Below, in pieces: positions 10,004 to 20,365 of a stretch of DNA of 64,000 bases. The notes beneath the pieces were generated by a model that was given only the letters and a program-made list of their open reading frames with translations, was not told where the DNA came from and did no database searches. Made by a program: the position numbers and the translations under genes. The DNA comes from Thermoanaerobaculia bacterium (lineage in GTDB: Bacteria > Acidobacteriota > Thermoanaerobaculia > Multivoradales > SZUA-115): NCBI GenBank assembly GCA_044869805.1, contig JBIOXV010000207.1, positions 8,062 through 72,061 on the forward strand, in the 5' to 3' direction. How positions within the stretch are numbered: position 1 is the first letter of the stretch; the number at the start of each line of letters is the position of its first letter.

Positions 10004-11206
10004 TCACGCGGCCCCCGCGATCGGCGACTGCGCCGGTGACGCCTCGGCGAGCGGCGCCACCCGGCGCAGTGCTGCGGCTTCGCGGGCAAGGGCGGGCAGG
10101 AAGGCGTCGACCTCGGCCTCGGTGTTGGTCAGGCCGAAGCTGATGCGCAGCGAGGACAGGGCCTCGCGCGGCGACATCCCCATGGCGAGCAGCGCCTTGC
10201 TCGGCTCGACGACGCCGGAGGAACAAGCCGAGCCGGTGGAGACCGCGAAGCCGGCCAGGTCGAGGCGGATGAGCAGCGACTCGGCTTCGATTCCCAGGAA
10301 GGCGACGTGCGAGGTGTGGGGCAGGCGCGGCGCCTGCCGGCAGTGGACGACGGCGCCGGGCACCGCCGCGAGCCCGGCCTCGAAGCGGTCGCGCAGCGCC
10401 GCGAGGTGCCGGTGGCGCTCGGCGAGATCGCGGCGCGCGAGCTCGGCCGCCTTGCCGAGGCCGACGATCGCCGGCACGTTCTCGGTCGAGGCGCGGCGGC
10501 GGCGCTCCTGGCTGCCGCCCACCAGGCTGGCGGCGAACGGCGCCCCCGGCCGCACCCACAGGGCGGCGGCCCCCAGCGGGCCGTGGAACTTGTGGCCGCC
10601 GATCACCAGGTAGTCGACGCCGAGCTCGCCGGCGTCGACGGCGATCTTGCCGGCCGCCTGCGCGGCGTCGCAGAGCACCGGGATGCCCCGGGTACGGCAG
10701 GCGCGGGCCACCTCCGCCACCGGCTGGATGGTGCCGACTTCGTTGTTGGCGAGCATCAGGCAGACGAGACGGGTGTCGCTCCGCAGGGCGGCGGCGACGG
10801 CCGCGGCCGGTACCACTCCTTCGCGTTCTGGGGCGTCTCCGTCCGGGGCCACCCGTGTCGCCTCCATGCCGGCCGCCTCCAGGAGCTCGACGGCCTGGTG
10901 CACGGAGGGGTGCTCGAAGGCGGAGAGCACCAGGTGCCCGCGGTAGCCCGCCACGGCGCCCACCGCGGCGACGACCGCGTTGTTGGCCTCGGTGCCGGAG
11001 GAGGTGAAGACGATCTCCACCGGCCGGACGCCGAGCAGCGCCGCCACCTCTGCACGCGCGGCCTCGACGGCCTCGCGTGCCTGTTGGCCGAAGCGGTGGA
11101 TGGAGGAAGGGTTGCCGTGGCGGCTGCCGAGCCACGGGAGCATGGCCTCGGCCACGCGGGGGTCGAGGGGGGTGGTGGCGTTGTGGTCGAGGTAGACGGC
11201 GTCCAT
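10004..11206 (-). CDS. iscS: cysteine desulfurase (NifS/IscS family), upstream of mnmA on the same strand
   Basis: PLP-lysine region (GGHKFHGP) and SxxSACSS active-site cysteine loop. The sulfur-relay pairing with mnmA fits this call. Confidence 0.85.
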   Translation of the reverse strand: MDAVYLDHNATTPLDPRVAEAMLPWLGSRHGNPSSIHRFGQQAREAVEAARAEVAALLGVRPVEIVFTSSGTEANNAVVAAVGAVAGYRGHLVLSAFEHPSVHQAVELLEAAGMEATRVAPDGDAPEREGVVPAAAVAAALRSDTRLVCLMLANNEVGTIQPVAEVARACRTRGIPVLCDAAQAAGKIAVDAGELGVDYLVIGGHKFHGPLGAAALWVRPGAPFAASLVGGSQERRRRASTENVPAIVGLGKAAELARRDLAERHRHLAALRDRFEAGLAAVPGAVVHCRQAPRLPHTSHVAFLGIEAESLLIRLDLAGFAVSTGSACSSGVVEPSKALLAMGMSPREALSSLRISFGLTNTEAEVDAFLPALAREAAALRRVAPLAEASPAQSPIAGAA

Positions 11207-11381
11207 CAGGGGGCCATTTTAGCCGCTAGGGAGGGCCGCGGGTCCCGGACCCGCCTCGTGAGCTCCCCCCGCGGGCGACGCGGAGACTGTCTAAACTTGC
11301 GTTCGAGCGGCCCGCGGCTTGCATGCCGCGGATGCGCGCACTGAGCCCGTTGTCGTCGCAGCCTCGACTCGGCAGAGAGGA

Positions 11382-13925
11382 ATGATGAGAAGAAGCCACC
11401 TCCAGCTCCTGACCCTTTGTAGCGTGTGCGTCCTGGCTCTGGTCGCGCTGGCGCCGCTCCCCACCATTTCGGCCCACGCCAAGGAAAAGGACGCGGACCG
11501 CATCAAGGCGCTGCCGGCCAAGTACCAGGCGTGGCTCGAGGAGGTGGACGTGCTGATCTCGAAGGAGGAGAAGGCGGCCTTCCTCGAGCTCAAGGAGGAC
11601 TACCACCGCGACGCCTTCATCGCGCGCTTCTGGAAGGCCCGCGACCCGTTCCTGGACACCGCCCGCAACGAGTTCCGCGACCGTTTCGAGCAGACGGTGG
11701 CGCTCGCCCGCACCACGTTCGGCGACCTCAAGGAGGAGCGGGCGCGCATGATGCTCCTGAACGGCGAGCCGGGCGAGGTGCGCAAGGTGCAGTGCCCGAC
11801 CGTGCTGTGGCCGACCGAGATCTGGGCCTACGCCGGCAGCGACCGCGTGAGCTACCAGTTCTTCCTCGTCTTCTACCGCAAGTGGGGTGCCGGAAGGTAC
11901 ACGCTGTGGCGGCCGATCGAGGGCCTCCAGGAGCTGTTCCAGGAGCCGATGGGCGCTGGCGGCACGGGCGGCGGAAACCTGCTGGCCCAGATCCGCGACC
12001 GCTGCTACCGCGGCGACGAGGTGGCGGCCATCCTCGGCTCGATGATCGCCCAGGGCGCCCTCGGTTACGAGACCACCCTCGCCGAGGCGACGGAGAAGCC
12101 TCCTCCGCCCGAGGGCGAATGGGTGTCCACTTTCGAGGCCTACTCGACCGATCTGCCGGCGGGCGCGGCCTCGCTGCCCGCCACGCTCGAGGTTCTCTAC
12201 CCGGGCCGGCGGCAGAACCGCACCGCGGTCGAGGGCGTGATCACCGTGCCGCTGGCCGACGCGGGGCAGGCCGCGCTCGCCGACTACCGCTCTTACAACT
12301 TCGTGCTCACCGGCGAAGTCCTGGCGGGCACCGAGCTCTTCGACTCCTTCCGCTACAAGTTCGACCTGCCGGTCGGCGAGGCCGCCGGCGCGTCGTACCC
12401 CCTGGTCTTCCAGCGCTACCTGCGGCCCGGCTCCTACCGCCTGGTGGTGAAGCTCGAGGACCTGAACGGCAAGAAGTTCTTCCGCTCCGATCGGGCGCTC
12501 GAGGTGCCGGAGGTCGGCGAGGCGCCGCCACCTGCGCCCGACCCCGACACGGCGCGCATCCTGGCCGAGGCCAACGCGGTGCTGGCCACCGGCGAGACCA
12601 CGCTCGCGATCGTCGAGCCCCAGGGCGAGCTGCTCTCCGGCATGCGGCGCATCGACACGCTGGTGACCGGCAGCGGCATCGCCCGCGTGACATTCCGTCT
12701 CGACGGCCGCGAGGTGCTGACCAAGAAGGTGCCGCCCTACTCGGTGGAGCTCGACCTGGGCTCGCTGCCGCGGCCGCGCACCCTCGAGGCCTCGGCCTAC
12801 GACGCCTCCGGCCACGAGCTGGCCTCGGACCGCGCGTTGATCAACGCCACGCCACACCGCTTCGCCGTCCGCCTGACCGAGCCGCGGCGCGGCGCCACCT
12901 ACAAGGGCAGCCTGGTGGCCCGCGCCGAGGTCGAGGTGCCGGAGGGCCGCTCGATCGAGCGCGTCGAGTTCTTCTTGAACGAGACCCGCGTCGCCACCCT
13001 CTACCAGCAGCCCTTCGAGCAGCCGATCGTGCTGCCGGACAACGAGCCGCTGGCCTACGTGCAGGCCGTGGCGTATCTGCCGGACGGCAACTCCACCCAG
13101 GACCTGGTGTTCGTCAACGCGCCCGACCTGCTGGAGGAGATCGACATCCAGTTCGTGGAGCTCTACACCACGGCCCTCGACCGCGACGGACGGCCGAGCT
13201 TGGGCCTCGAGGAGGGCAGCTTCCGGGTCTTCGAAGACGGCGCGCCGCAGGAGATCCGGCGCTTCGAGGTGGTGCGCGATCTCCCCATCCACGCCACCGT
13301 GCTGCTCGACGTCTCTGGCTCGATGGAGGACAGCCTGGACCAGACGCGCGAGGCGGCGCTCGGCTTTTTCCAGCAGATCCTCGAGCCCAAGGACCGCGCC
13401 GCGCTGGTTACCTTCAACGACCGGCCGACGCTCGAGGTCAAGTTCACCAACGAGGTCACCGCCTTGGCTGGCGGCCTCGCGGGCTTGAAGGCGGAGCGCG
13501 GCACCGGGCTCTACGACAGCCTGATCTTCAGCCTCTACTACTTCAACGGCATCAAGGGCCAGCGCGCGCTGCTGGTGCTCTCCGACGGCAAGGACGAGTC
13601 CAGCCGCTTCAAGTACGAGGACGCGCTGGAGTACGCCCGCCGCGCCGGGGTGACGATCTACTCGATCGGCCTGTCGCTGCCCAAGGGCGAGGCGCGCCGC
13701 GAGCTGGCGCATTTCGCGGACCAGACCGGAGGCCGCGCCTACTTCCTCGACTCCGCGGCCGAGCTGCCGGCAATCTATGCCGCGATCGAGGAGGAGCTGC
13801 GCTCGCAGTACCTGATCGCCTACCAGTCGACCAACACCTCGAAGGAGGCCACGTTCCGCAGCGTGGAGGTGAAGATCGAGAAGGCTGGGTTCGAAGCGAA
13901 GACCATTCGTGGTTATTACCCGTGA
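11382..13925 (+). CDS. secreted GWxTD-like N-domain / C-terminal VWA-domain protein, paralog 1 (Acidobacterial VWFA-related family)
   Basis: Signal peptide, N-terminal FWxxRDPxxxTxRNE and GEP..WPxEIWxY motifs, C-terminal VWA domain with MIDAS DxSGS (LLDVSGSM), and a terminal GYYP. Start is at the ATG preceded by GAGAGGA. Confidence 0.7.
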   Translation: MMRRSHLQLLTLCSVCVLALVALAPLPTISAHAKEKDADRIKALPAKYQAWLEEVDVLISKEEKAAFLELKEDYHRDAFIARFWKARDPFLDTARNEFRDRFEQTVALARTTFGDLKEERARMMLLNGEPGEVRKVQCPTVLWPTEIWAYAGSDRVSYQFFLVFYRKWGAGRYTLWRPIEGLQELFQEPMGAGGTGGGNLLAQIRDRCYRGDEVAAILGSMIAQGALGYETTLAEATEKPPPPEGEWVSTFEAYSTDLPAGAASLPATLEVLYPGRRQNRTAVEGVITVPLADAGQAALADYRSYNFVLTGEVLAGTELFDSFRYKFDLPVGEAAGASYPLVFQRYLRPGSYRLVVKLEDLNGKKFFRSDRALEVPEVGEAPPPAPDPDTARILAEANAVLATGETTLAIVEPQGELLSGMRRIDTLVTGSGIARVTFRLDGREVLTKKVPPYSVELDLGSLPRPRTLEASAYDASGHELASDRALINATPHRFAVRLTEPRRGATYKGSLVARAEVEVPEGRSIERVEFFLNETRVATLYQQPFEQPIVLPDNEPLAYVQAVAYLPDGNSTQDLVFVNAPDLLEEIDIQFVELYTTALDRDGRPSLGLEEGSFRVFEDGAPQEIRRFEVVRDLPIHATVLLDVSGSMEDSLDQTREAALGFFQQILEPKDRAALVTFNDRPTLEVKFTNEVTALAGGLAGLKAERGTGLYDSLIFSLYYFNGIKGQRALLVLSDGKDESSRFKYEDALEYARRAGVTIYSIGLSLPKGEARRELAHFADQTGGRAYFLDSAAELPAIYAAIEEELRSQYLIAYQSTNTSKEATFRSVEVKIEKAGFEAKTIRGYYP

Positions 13926-14060
13926 CGGAGCTTCTGCGTGTGCCATCTGCTGGGTCGCGGGTCGCCCCGCCGATCCTCTCGTGCTCCAATGTACGCTCCG
14001 GTCGCCGGGGCGTCCCGCTCCTTGCGCGTGGCTCGCTCGCGACGAGCCGTCCCGTTTGGC
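13926..14060 (+). repeat. copy A of a roughly 140-bp conserved intergenic element (three copies in the window)
   Basis: Shares a core with copies at 26306-26444 and 34754-34899: CTGC.GCG.G.CCA.CTGC.GCGTCGCGGGTC..CCCG...ATCCTC...TGTACGCTCCGGTCGCCGGG.C.TCCCGCTCCTTGC..C....CCGCTCGCGACG. Lies directly after the stop of paralog 1. Confidence 0.6.
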
Positions 14061-16714
14061 GAATTCCGATTCCCATCGCATTCCTTCTGCTCCTGGCGCC
14101 TCTCTCTCCCGCCTCCGCCCAGCCCGTTCTGCGCGAGCCGGCGACGCTCGAGGCGCCGGCGCCGCCCAGCGCCCTGCTGCGGCCGCCGCGCGGCGGGCCG
14201 GAGCTCGAGGCGCTCGCCGAGCCCTACCGGCGCTTCCTCGAGGACGTCGATGTGCTGATCACCGACGCCGAGCGCGCCGCGTTCCTCGCCTTGACCGAGG
14301 ACTACCGCCGAGACGCCTTCATCCGTGAATTCTGGAAGCTCCGCGACGCGGACCCGCGGACGGCGCGCAACGAGCGCCGGGAGGATCACGAGAAGCGCCT
14401 GGCGGAGGCGAAGCGGCTGTTCGGCGTCGCCTCCGACACGCGGTCGCGTGCGATGTTGGTCTTCGGTGTGCCGGACGAGCGCTTCGAGGTCGCCTGCGGC
14501 GGGGTGCTGTGGCCGACCGAGGCGTGGTTCTACCTCGCGCCGCAAGGCTCCTCCGAGGCCCAGCTCGCCTCCGCCAGCTCGGCCGAGCCCCTCGCCTTCC
14601 TCTTCTACCGCCGCTGGGGAGCCGGCCACTGGCAGGTGTGGGACGGCGAGGGCGGTGCGCGGGCCTTCTATCGCGACGACAGCGCCGGCGGCTCCACGGT
14701 GGGCTGCAACTACGAGCAGTTCCAACTCGCCCTGCAGCTCATCGGCAAGCGCGGCCTCGGCTACGTGGTGCTGCTCGCCCAGATCGAGCACCCGCCGAAG
14801 CCCAAGAGCAGCGAGTGGGTCGATACTTTCGCCTCCTACTCGACCGACTTGCCGGCCGGGACGGCGAGCTTCTCGGCGGAGCTCTCGCTCCGCTTCCCCG
14901 GCCGGCACGGCCGGCGGACGGTGGTCGAGGGCGTGCTCACCGTGCCGGTCGACGAGGCCGGGAGGGCGGAGCTCGGCGGGCACGCCTCCTACAACTTCGT
15001 CGTCAACGGCGAAATCCTCGCCGCCGGCGAGGCGGGGCAGGGCGCGCAGCTCTTCGAACGCTTCCGCTACCGCTTCGACGTGCCGGCGGGATCGGTCGAA
15101 GGCGGCGAGATCCCGCTCGTCTTCCAGCGCCACCTGCGGCCCGGGCGCGAGGTGACGCTGCTCGTGCGGCTGGAAGACCTGGCCGCGGGGCGCTTCTTCC
15201 GCGCCGCGCGCCGGCTGATCGTCCCCGAAGTCGACGCCATCGCGCCGCGAGCGCCTTCCGACCCGGAGACGGCCAGGCTCCTGGCGGCCGCGGACGCCGC
15301 CCTGGCCGCCGGCGAGACTACGATCGAGATCGTGCGCCCGATGGGTGCGCTCGCCGCCGGCCTCACCCGGTTCGAGAGCCTGGTGGTGGGCGAGGGGGTG
15401 GAGAAGGTCGCCTTTGCGCTCGACGGCGCCACGGTCTTCACCAAGTCCGGGCCGCCGTACTCGGTGGAGCTCGACCTCGGCCCCTATCCCGAGCCGTGGA
15501 CGCTGCGGGCGACCGCCCTCTCGGCCGCCGGCGAGGAGCTGGCGAGCGACGAGCTGCTGCTCAACGCCGGGGGCCAGCGTTTCGCCGTGCGGCTGACCGA
15601 CCCGGTGCCGGGCCGTCGCTACGACGGCGGGGTGCTCGCCCGCGCCGCCGTGGAGGTGCCCGACGGCGAGCGCCTCGACCGCCTGGAGCTGTACGTCAAC
15701 GAGGGCCTCGCCGCCACTCTCTACGGGCCGCCGCCGGAGGGCTCTTCCTTCGCGCAGCCCCTCGCGCTGCCGCCGGCCGGCGAGCCGGCCTACGTGCGCG
15801 CCGTGGCCCATCTGGCTGGCGACGGCGGGGCGGGAGACGGCGGCTCGGCGGAAGACCTGGTGTGGGTGAACGCCCCGCCCGGCTTCGGGGATTCACTCGA
15901 CGTGAACCTGGTGGAGGTCTATGCCAGCGTGGTCGATCGCCAGCGCCGGCCGGTGGCCGGCCTCGGGGAGCCCGACTTTCAGGTGCGCGAGGACGGCGCT
16001 CCCGTCCGCCTAGACCGCTTCGAGGCGGTGGCCGACCTGCCCATCCACGCTCTCGGCGTGCTCGACGTCTCGGCTTCGATGGCGGAGCTGCTGCCCGCGG
16101 CGCGGCAGGCGGCGCTCGGTTTCTTCGCGCAGCTCTCCAACCCGCGCGATCGCATGGCGCTGGTCACCTTCAACGATCGGCCGCAGCTCGCCGCGCGGTT
16201 CACCCGCGACCTCGCGCAGATCGGCGGCGCGCTCGCCGGCCTCAAGGCGGAGCGCGGCACGGCGCTCTACGACAGCCTGATCTTCGGCCTGTTCTACGCC
16301 GCCGGCTCCTCGCGCGGCAGCCTCCCCGGCCAGCGCGCCCTCGTCGTGCTCACCGACGGCGAGGACGACGGCAGCCGCTACTGCTTCGAGGACGCCCTCG
16401 ACTACGCGCGCCGCTCGGGGGTGACGATCTATGCCATCGGCCTGGGGTTGGCCGAGCCCGACGGGGCGGGCCGGCGCCTCGCCCGCCTGGCTGCCGAAAC
16501 CGGGGGCCGCGCCTTCTTCCCCGGCGCCGCCGCCGAGCTCACGCCGGTCTACGACGCCATCCTCGTCGAGCTGCGCAGCCGCTACCTCCTCGCCTACCAG
16601 CCGCTCCACGCCGAGCGCGACGGCCCCCAACGCGACGGCCCATATCGGAGGGTCGAGGTCGACGTCGACTGCCGCGGCTGCGAGGTGAAGGCCATCCAGG
16701 GTTACTACCCCTGA
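13937..16714 (+). CDS. secreted GWxTD-like/VWA protein, paralog 2 (start uncertain)
   Basis: Same architecture as paralog 1, with MIDAS VLDVSASM and C-terminal QGYYP. The only canonical in-frame starts are GTG at 13919 or 13937, which would make the repeat element part of the n-region. The signal peptide core IPIPIAFLLLLAPLSPASA begins near 14063. Confidence 0.6.
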   Translation, partial: RVPSAGSRVAPPILSCSNVRSGRRGVPLLARGSLATSRPVWRIPIPIAFLLLLAPLSPASAQPVLREPATLEAPAPPSALLRPPRGGPELEALAEPYRRFLEDVDVLITDAERAAFLALTEDYRRDAFIREFWKLRDADPRTARNERREDHEKRLAEAKRLFGVASDTRSRAMLVFGVPDERFEVACGGVLWPTEAWFYLAPQGSSEAQLASASSAEPLAFLFYRRWGAGHWQVWDGEGGARAFYRDDSAGGSTVGCNYEQFQLALQLIGKRGLGYVVLLAQIEHPPKPKSSEWVDTFASYSTDLPAGTASFSAELSLRFPGRHGRRTVVEGVLTVPVDEAGRAELGGHASYNFVVNGEILAAGEAGQGAQLFERFRYRFDVPAGSVEGGEIPLVFQRHLRPGREVTLLVRLEDLAAGRFFRAARRLIVPEVDAIAPRAPSDPETARLLAAADAALAAGETTIEIVRPMGALAAGLTRFESLVVGEGVEKVAFALDGATVFTKSGPPYSVELDLGPYPEPWTLRATALSAAGEELASDELLLNAGGQRFAVRLTDPVPGRRYDGGVLARAAVEVPDGERLDRLELYVNEGLAATLYGPPPEGSSFAQPLALPPAGEPAYVRAVAHLAGDGGAGDGGSAEDLVWVNAPPGFGDSLDVNLVEVYASVVDRQRRPVAGLGEPDFQVREDGAPVRLDRFEAVADLPIHALGVLDVSASMAELLPAARQAALGFFAQLSNPRDRMALVTFNDRPQLAARFTRDLAQIGGALAGLKAERGTALYDSLIFGLFYAAGSSRGSLPGQRALVVLTDGEDDGSRYCFEDALDYARRSGVTIYAIGLGLAEPDGAGRRLARLAAETGGRAFFPGAAAELTPVYDAILVELRSRYLLAYQPLHAERDGPQRDGPYRRVEVDVDCRGCEVKAIQGYYP

Positions 16715-16735
16715 CGTAGAGTCCTCGAGGCACAG

Positions 16736-19273
16736 ATGAACCGAGATCGACTGCTCGTCCTGCTCGCCGCCTCGCTCTTCACGGCCACGTTCCTCGCCGC
16801 CCGCGTCCCTGCGGCGCAGGACCCCGAGAACCGGGTGGAGGCGGCGCAGGCGCAGGCCGCCACCGCGGAGAGCCTGCTGCCTCCTCAGTACCGGCAGTGG
16901 CTGGAAGAGGTCACGGTGCTGATCACCGACGAGGAGCGCCAGGCCTTCCTCGCCCTGCAGAAGGACTACCAGCGCGACGCCTTCATCGACCGCTTCTGGC
17001 GCGAGCGCGACCCTTACCCGGACACCGGCAGGAACGAGCTGCGTGAGCGCTGGGGCGAGCGGGTGAAGGTGGCGCGCGCTGGATTCCGCCGCCTCGACGA
17101 CGCGCGCGCCAAGGTGCTGCTCTTGAACGGCGAGCCCGAGGTGCGGCGCGGCATCCGCTGCCGCGCCGCGTTCTGGCCGCTCGAGCTGTGGTTCTACCCC
17201 GGCGGCAGCGACCTCTTCCGCTCGCGCTTCGTGGTGGTCTTCTACCAGCCGGGAGGCGCCGGGCCGTACCGCATCTGGCACCAGAGCTTCGGGCGCCAGG
17301 AGCTGGTGAGCTTCGACACCGGCGCGAGCTGCCTGCCCGAGGACGTGGAGCTGATTCGCATCGCCCTGCGCTGGATCGACGAGGAGGGCGAGATCGGCTA
17401 CATGACCGTGCTCGAGCGGGTGTCCTCGCCGCCCAACCTGGGCGGCCGCGAGTGGGTGGCGACCTTCAACTCCTACTCCACGGACCTGCCGGCCGAGGCC
17501 GCCACCTTCCCCGCCGAGGTGGCGCTCGACTTCCCCGGCTTCCACCAGAACCGCACCGTGGTGCAGGGCGCGGTGCTGGTCTCGGCGGAGGCGGTCAAGG
17601 CCGCCGAGCTGGGCGGCGAGCGCAGCTACAACTTCGTGCTCACCGGCGAGGTGCTGCAGGGGCCGACGCTCTTCGACTCTTTCCGCTACAAGTTCGACCT
17701 GCCGGCCTCGGTCACCGCCGCGGACGGACGGATGCCGCTCGTCTTCCAGCGCTACCTGCGCCCCGGCGGGCCCTACACCCTGGTGCTCAAGCTTGAGGAC
17801 CTGGCGGCGCAGCGCTTCTTCCGCTACGAGCGGCCCTTCGAGGTGCCGCGGGTGACCGAGCCCGAGCTGGCGCCGCCGCTCGACCCGCGCCTGGCCGAGG
17901 TGCTGGCCGAGGCCAACGCCGCGCTCGCCGCCGGCGAGACCACGGTCAAGCTGGTGCCGCCGATCGGCGAGCTGCTGACCGGCCTGGTGCGCTTCGACAC
18001 GGTGGTCACCGGCGGCGACGTGCAGCAGGTGCGGTTCGAGCTCGACGGCGAGGCGATCCTCACCAAGACCCGGCCGCCGTTCTCGGTCGAGCTCGACCTC
18101 GGCGATTTCCCCCGCCCCCACACGCTGCGCGCCACGGCCTCCGCCGAGAGCGGCGAGGAGCTCGCGAGCCACGAGCTGCTGGTCAACCTGCCGGGAAGCC
18201 GCTTCCGCGTGCGGCTCACCGAGCCTCACCGCGGCGGGAAGTACGAGCGGAGCCTGCGCGCCCGCGCCGAGGTCGAGGTGCCCCAGGGCGAAGCCTGCGA
18301 ACGGGTGGAGATCTACTTGAACGACACCCGCGTGGCGACCCTCTATCAGCCGCCCTACGTACAGCCGATCGTGCTGCCGGAGGAGGCGCAGTCGCTCTTC
18401 GTGCGCGCCGTGGCCTACCGCACCGACGGCGGCTCTTCCGAGGACGTGGTGTTCATCAACACCCCCGGCTACGGCGAGGACATCGCCATCCAGCTCGTGG
18501 AGCTCTACACCTCGGTGCTCGACCGCCAGGGGCGACCGGTGCCGGGCCTGGCGCAGGCCGATTTTCGCGTCGAGGAGGACGGCGTCGAGCAGGAGATCTC
18601 GCGCTTCGAGCAGGTGCGCGACCTGCCCTTCCACGCCGCCATCCTGCTCGACACTTCGGCGTCGATGACCGAACGCATCGAGGCGGCGCGCGCCGCGGCG
18701 CTGCAGTTCTTCGAGCACTCGATCCGGCCCCGTGACCGCGCGGCGCTCATCGCCTTCAACGACCGGCCCTACCTGACCGTGCCCTTCACCAGCGACCCCA
18801 GGGTCTTCGGCCCGGGGCTCGCGGGCCTCAAGGCCGAGCGCGGCACGGCGCTCCACGACAGCCTGATCTACTCGCTCTTCTATTTCACCGGCGTCACCGG
18901 GCAGCGGGCGCTGATCCTGATCTCGGACGGCAAGGACGAGTCGAGCCGCTTCGAGTTCGAGCAGGCCCTGGAGTACGCCCGCCGCGCCGGCATCACCCTC
19001 TACACCATCTCGCTCGGCCTGGAGAAGAAGGAGGGGGCCGCGAGGAAGGCCCTGACCCGCCTCGCCGACGAGACCGGAGGCCGCAGCTTCTTCCTCGACT
19101 CGATCGCCGAGCTACCCGCCGTCTACGCGACGATCGAGGACGAGCTGCGCTCCCAGTACCTCCTCGCCTACCAGTCGAAGAACACTGCGCGCGACCGCGC
19201 CTTCCGCTCGATCGACCTCGAGGTCGACCGCCGGGGCGTGGAGGTGAAGACGCTGCGAGGGTACTACCCGTGA
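16736..19273 (+). CDS. secreted GWxTD-like/VWA protein, paralog 3
   Basis: Signal peptide, FWRERDPYPDTGRNE motif, MIDAS LLDTSASM, terminal RGYYP. Confidence 0.7.
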   Translation: MNRDRLLVLLAASLFTATFLAARVPAAQDPENRVEAAQAQAATAESLLPPQYRQWLEEVTVLITDEERQAFLALQKDYQRDAFIDRFWRERDPYPDTGRNELRERWGERVKVARAGFRRLDDARAKVLLLNGEPEVRRGIRCRAAFWPLELWFYPGGSDLFRSRFVVVFYQPGGAGPYRIWHQSFGRQELVSFDTGASCLPEDVELIRIALRWIDEEGEIGYMTVLERVSSPPNLGGREWVATFNSYSTDLPAEAATFPAEVALDFPGFHQNRTVVQGAVLVSAEAVKAAELGGERSYNFVLTGEVLQGPTLFDSFRYKFDLPASVTAADGRMPLVFQRYLRPGGPYTLVLKLEDLAAQRFFRYERPFEVPRVTEPELAPPLDPRLAEVLAEANAALAAGETTVKLVPPIGELLTGLVRFDTVVTGGDVQQVRFELDGEAILTKTRPPFSVELDLGDFPRPHTLRATASAESGEELASHELLVNLPGSRFRVRLTEPHRGGKYERSLRARAEVEVPQGEACERVEIYLNDTRVATLYQPPYVQPIVLPEEAQSLFVRAVAYRTDGGSSEDVVFINTPGYGEDIAIQLVELYTSVLDRQGRPVPGLAQADFRVEEDGVEQEISRFEQVRDLPFHAAILLDTSASMTERIEAARAAALQFFEHSIRPRDRAALIAFNDRPYLTVPFTSDPRVFGPGLAGLKAERGTALHDSLIYSLFYFTGVTGQRALILISDGKDESSRFEFEQALEYARRAGITLYTISLGLEKKEGAARKALTRLADETGGRSFFLDSIAELPAVYATIEDELRSQYLLAYQSKNTARDRAFRSIDLEVDRRGVEVKTLRGYYP

Positions 19274-19327
19274 GGCGGTCACTTCTCTGGCGGCGACGCT
19301 ACTCGCGCAAGCTCCCCGGGCTCAGGC

Positions 19328-20299
19328 TCAGAGCCAGCCCTTGCGCTTGAAGAACACGTAGGGAAGGATCGCCGCCGCCAGCATCAGGCCGAGCGAGAGC
19401 GGATATCCCAGCCGCCAGTGCAGCTCGGGAAAGACATCGAAGTTCATGCCGTAGATGCTCGCGATCAGCGTCGGCGGGAGGAAGACGACCGCCAGCACCG
19501 AGAAGAGTTTGATGATGGTGTTCTGCTCGGAGTTGATCCGCCCCAGCGTGGCGTCGAGCGCGAAGTTCACCTTGCCCGAGAGGAAGGTGGCGTGCTCGGT
19601 GAGCGCGGTGACGTCTTTGGCCACGGTCGCCCAATGCTGGTCGAGCGGCTCGCTCTCCACGCGGTTGGCCTCGAAGAAGCTCAGCAGGCGCCCAGCGCTG
19701 ACCATGCTCTCGCGCGCGCCGGCGGCGCGTTCGCCGTCGTGGCCGATGCGAGTGAGGATCTCGTTGTAATCCACACCCGATGCTGCGCCGCGGGCCGGCG
19801 AGCCTCCGAACACGACGCGGGAGATGGCGTTCACGTCCGCCGCCACCAGCTCGAGGATGTCCGCCGCCCGGTCGACGATCTCGTCGATCAGGCCGAGGAA
19901 GACGCGCTGGGCGGTGGAGAAGCTCTGCGGCGTGCGCTGCAGCTTGGCGGGGAAGGTCCGCAATGGAGCGGGCTCGGCGAAGCGTAGTGTGACCAGGCGC
20001 TCCCGGCCATAGGCGAAGGTAATGGGGGTCGTCTCGGGGCTCGTCGTATCGGCGTGGAGGAGGACGGTCAAGGTCATGAAGACGACCCCGCCTTCGACGT
20101 AGAGGCGGCTCGACACCTCGATCTCCTGGGCTTCCTTGCGGGTGGGCAGCTCGAGACCGAGGATCGCTTCGACCGCCCCTATCTCCTCGGCCGCAGGCTC
20201 GAGCAGGTCGATCCAAAGGGCCTGCTGCAGCAGCAGCGCGGCATCGGCCGCCGTCGCGTCCACCGAGTGGAATCCGGTTGGCAAGAAGGCCTTGATCAT
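19328..20299 (-). CDS. corA: magnesium/cobalt transporter CorA
   Basis: C-terminal TM hairpin with the YGMNF signature. 323 aa from an ATG preceded by GGGGAT. The longer upstream extension in the ORF track is a GC artefact. Confidence 0.85.
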   Translation of the reverse strand: MIKAFLPTGFHSVDATAADAALLLQQALWIDLLEPAAEEIGAVEAILGLELPTRKEAQEIEVSSRLYVEGGVVFMTLTVLLHADTTSPETTPITFAYGRERLVTLRFAEPAPLRTFPAKLQRTPQSFSTAQRVFLGLIDEIVDRAADILELVAADVNAISRVVFGGSPARGAASGVDYNEILTRIGHDGERAAGARESMVSAGRLLSFFEANRVESEPLDQHWATVAKDVTALTEHATFLSGKVNFALDATLGRINSEQNTIIKLFSVLAVVFLPPTLIASIYGMNFDVFPELHWRLGYPLSLGLMLAAAILPYVFFKRKGWL

Positions 20300-20365
20300 C
20301 TTGATCCCCGCGGTCTGGGCTGATCGGTCTGGCACCCTCGTGCCGTCGCGCGCGGAGCGTAGCGC

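Noticed and set aside
11207-11381. SacII-site palindrome CCGCGGCTTGCATGCCGCGG upstream of paralog 1 as a regulator binding site
   Set aside because: A single short GC palindrome is expected by chance at this GC content, and there are no repeated copies elsewhere in the window.
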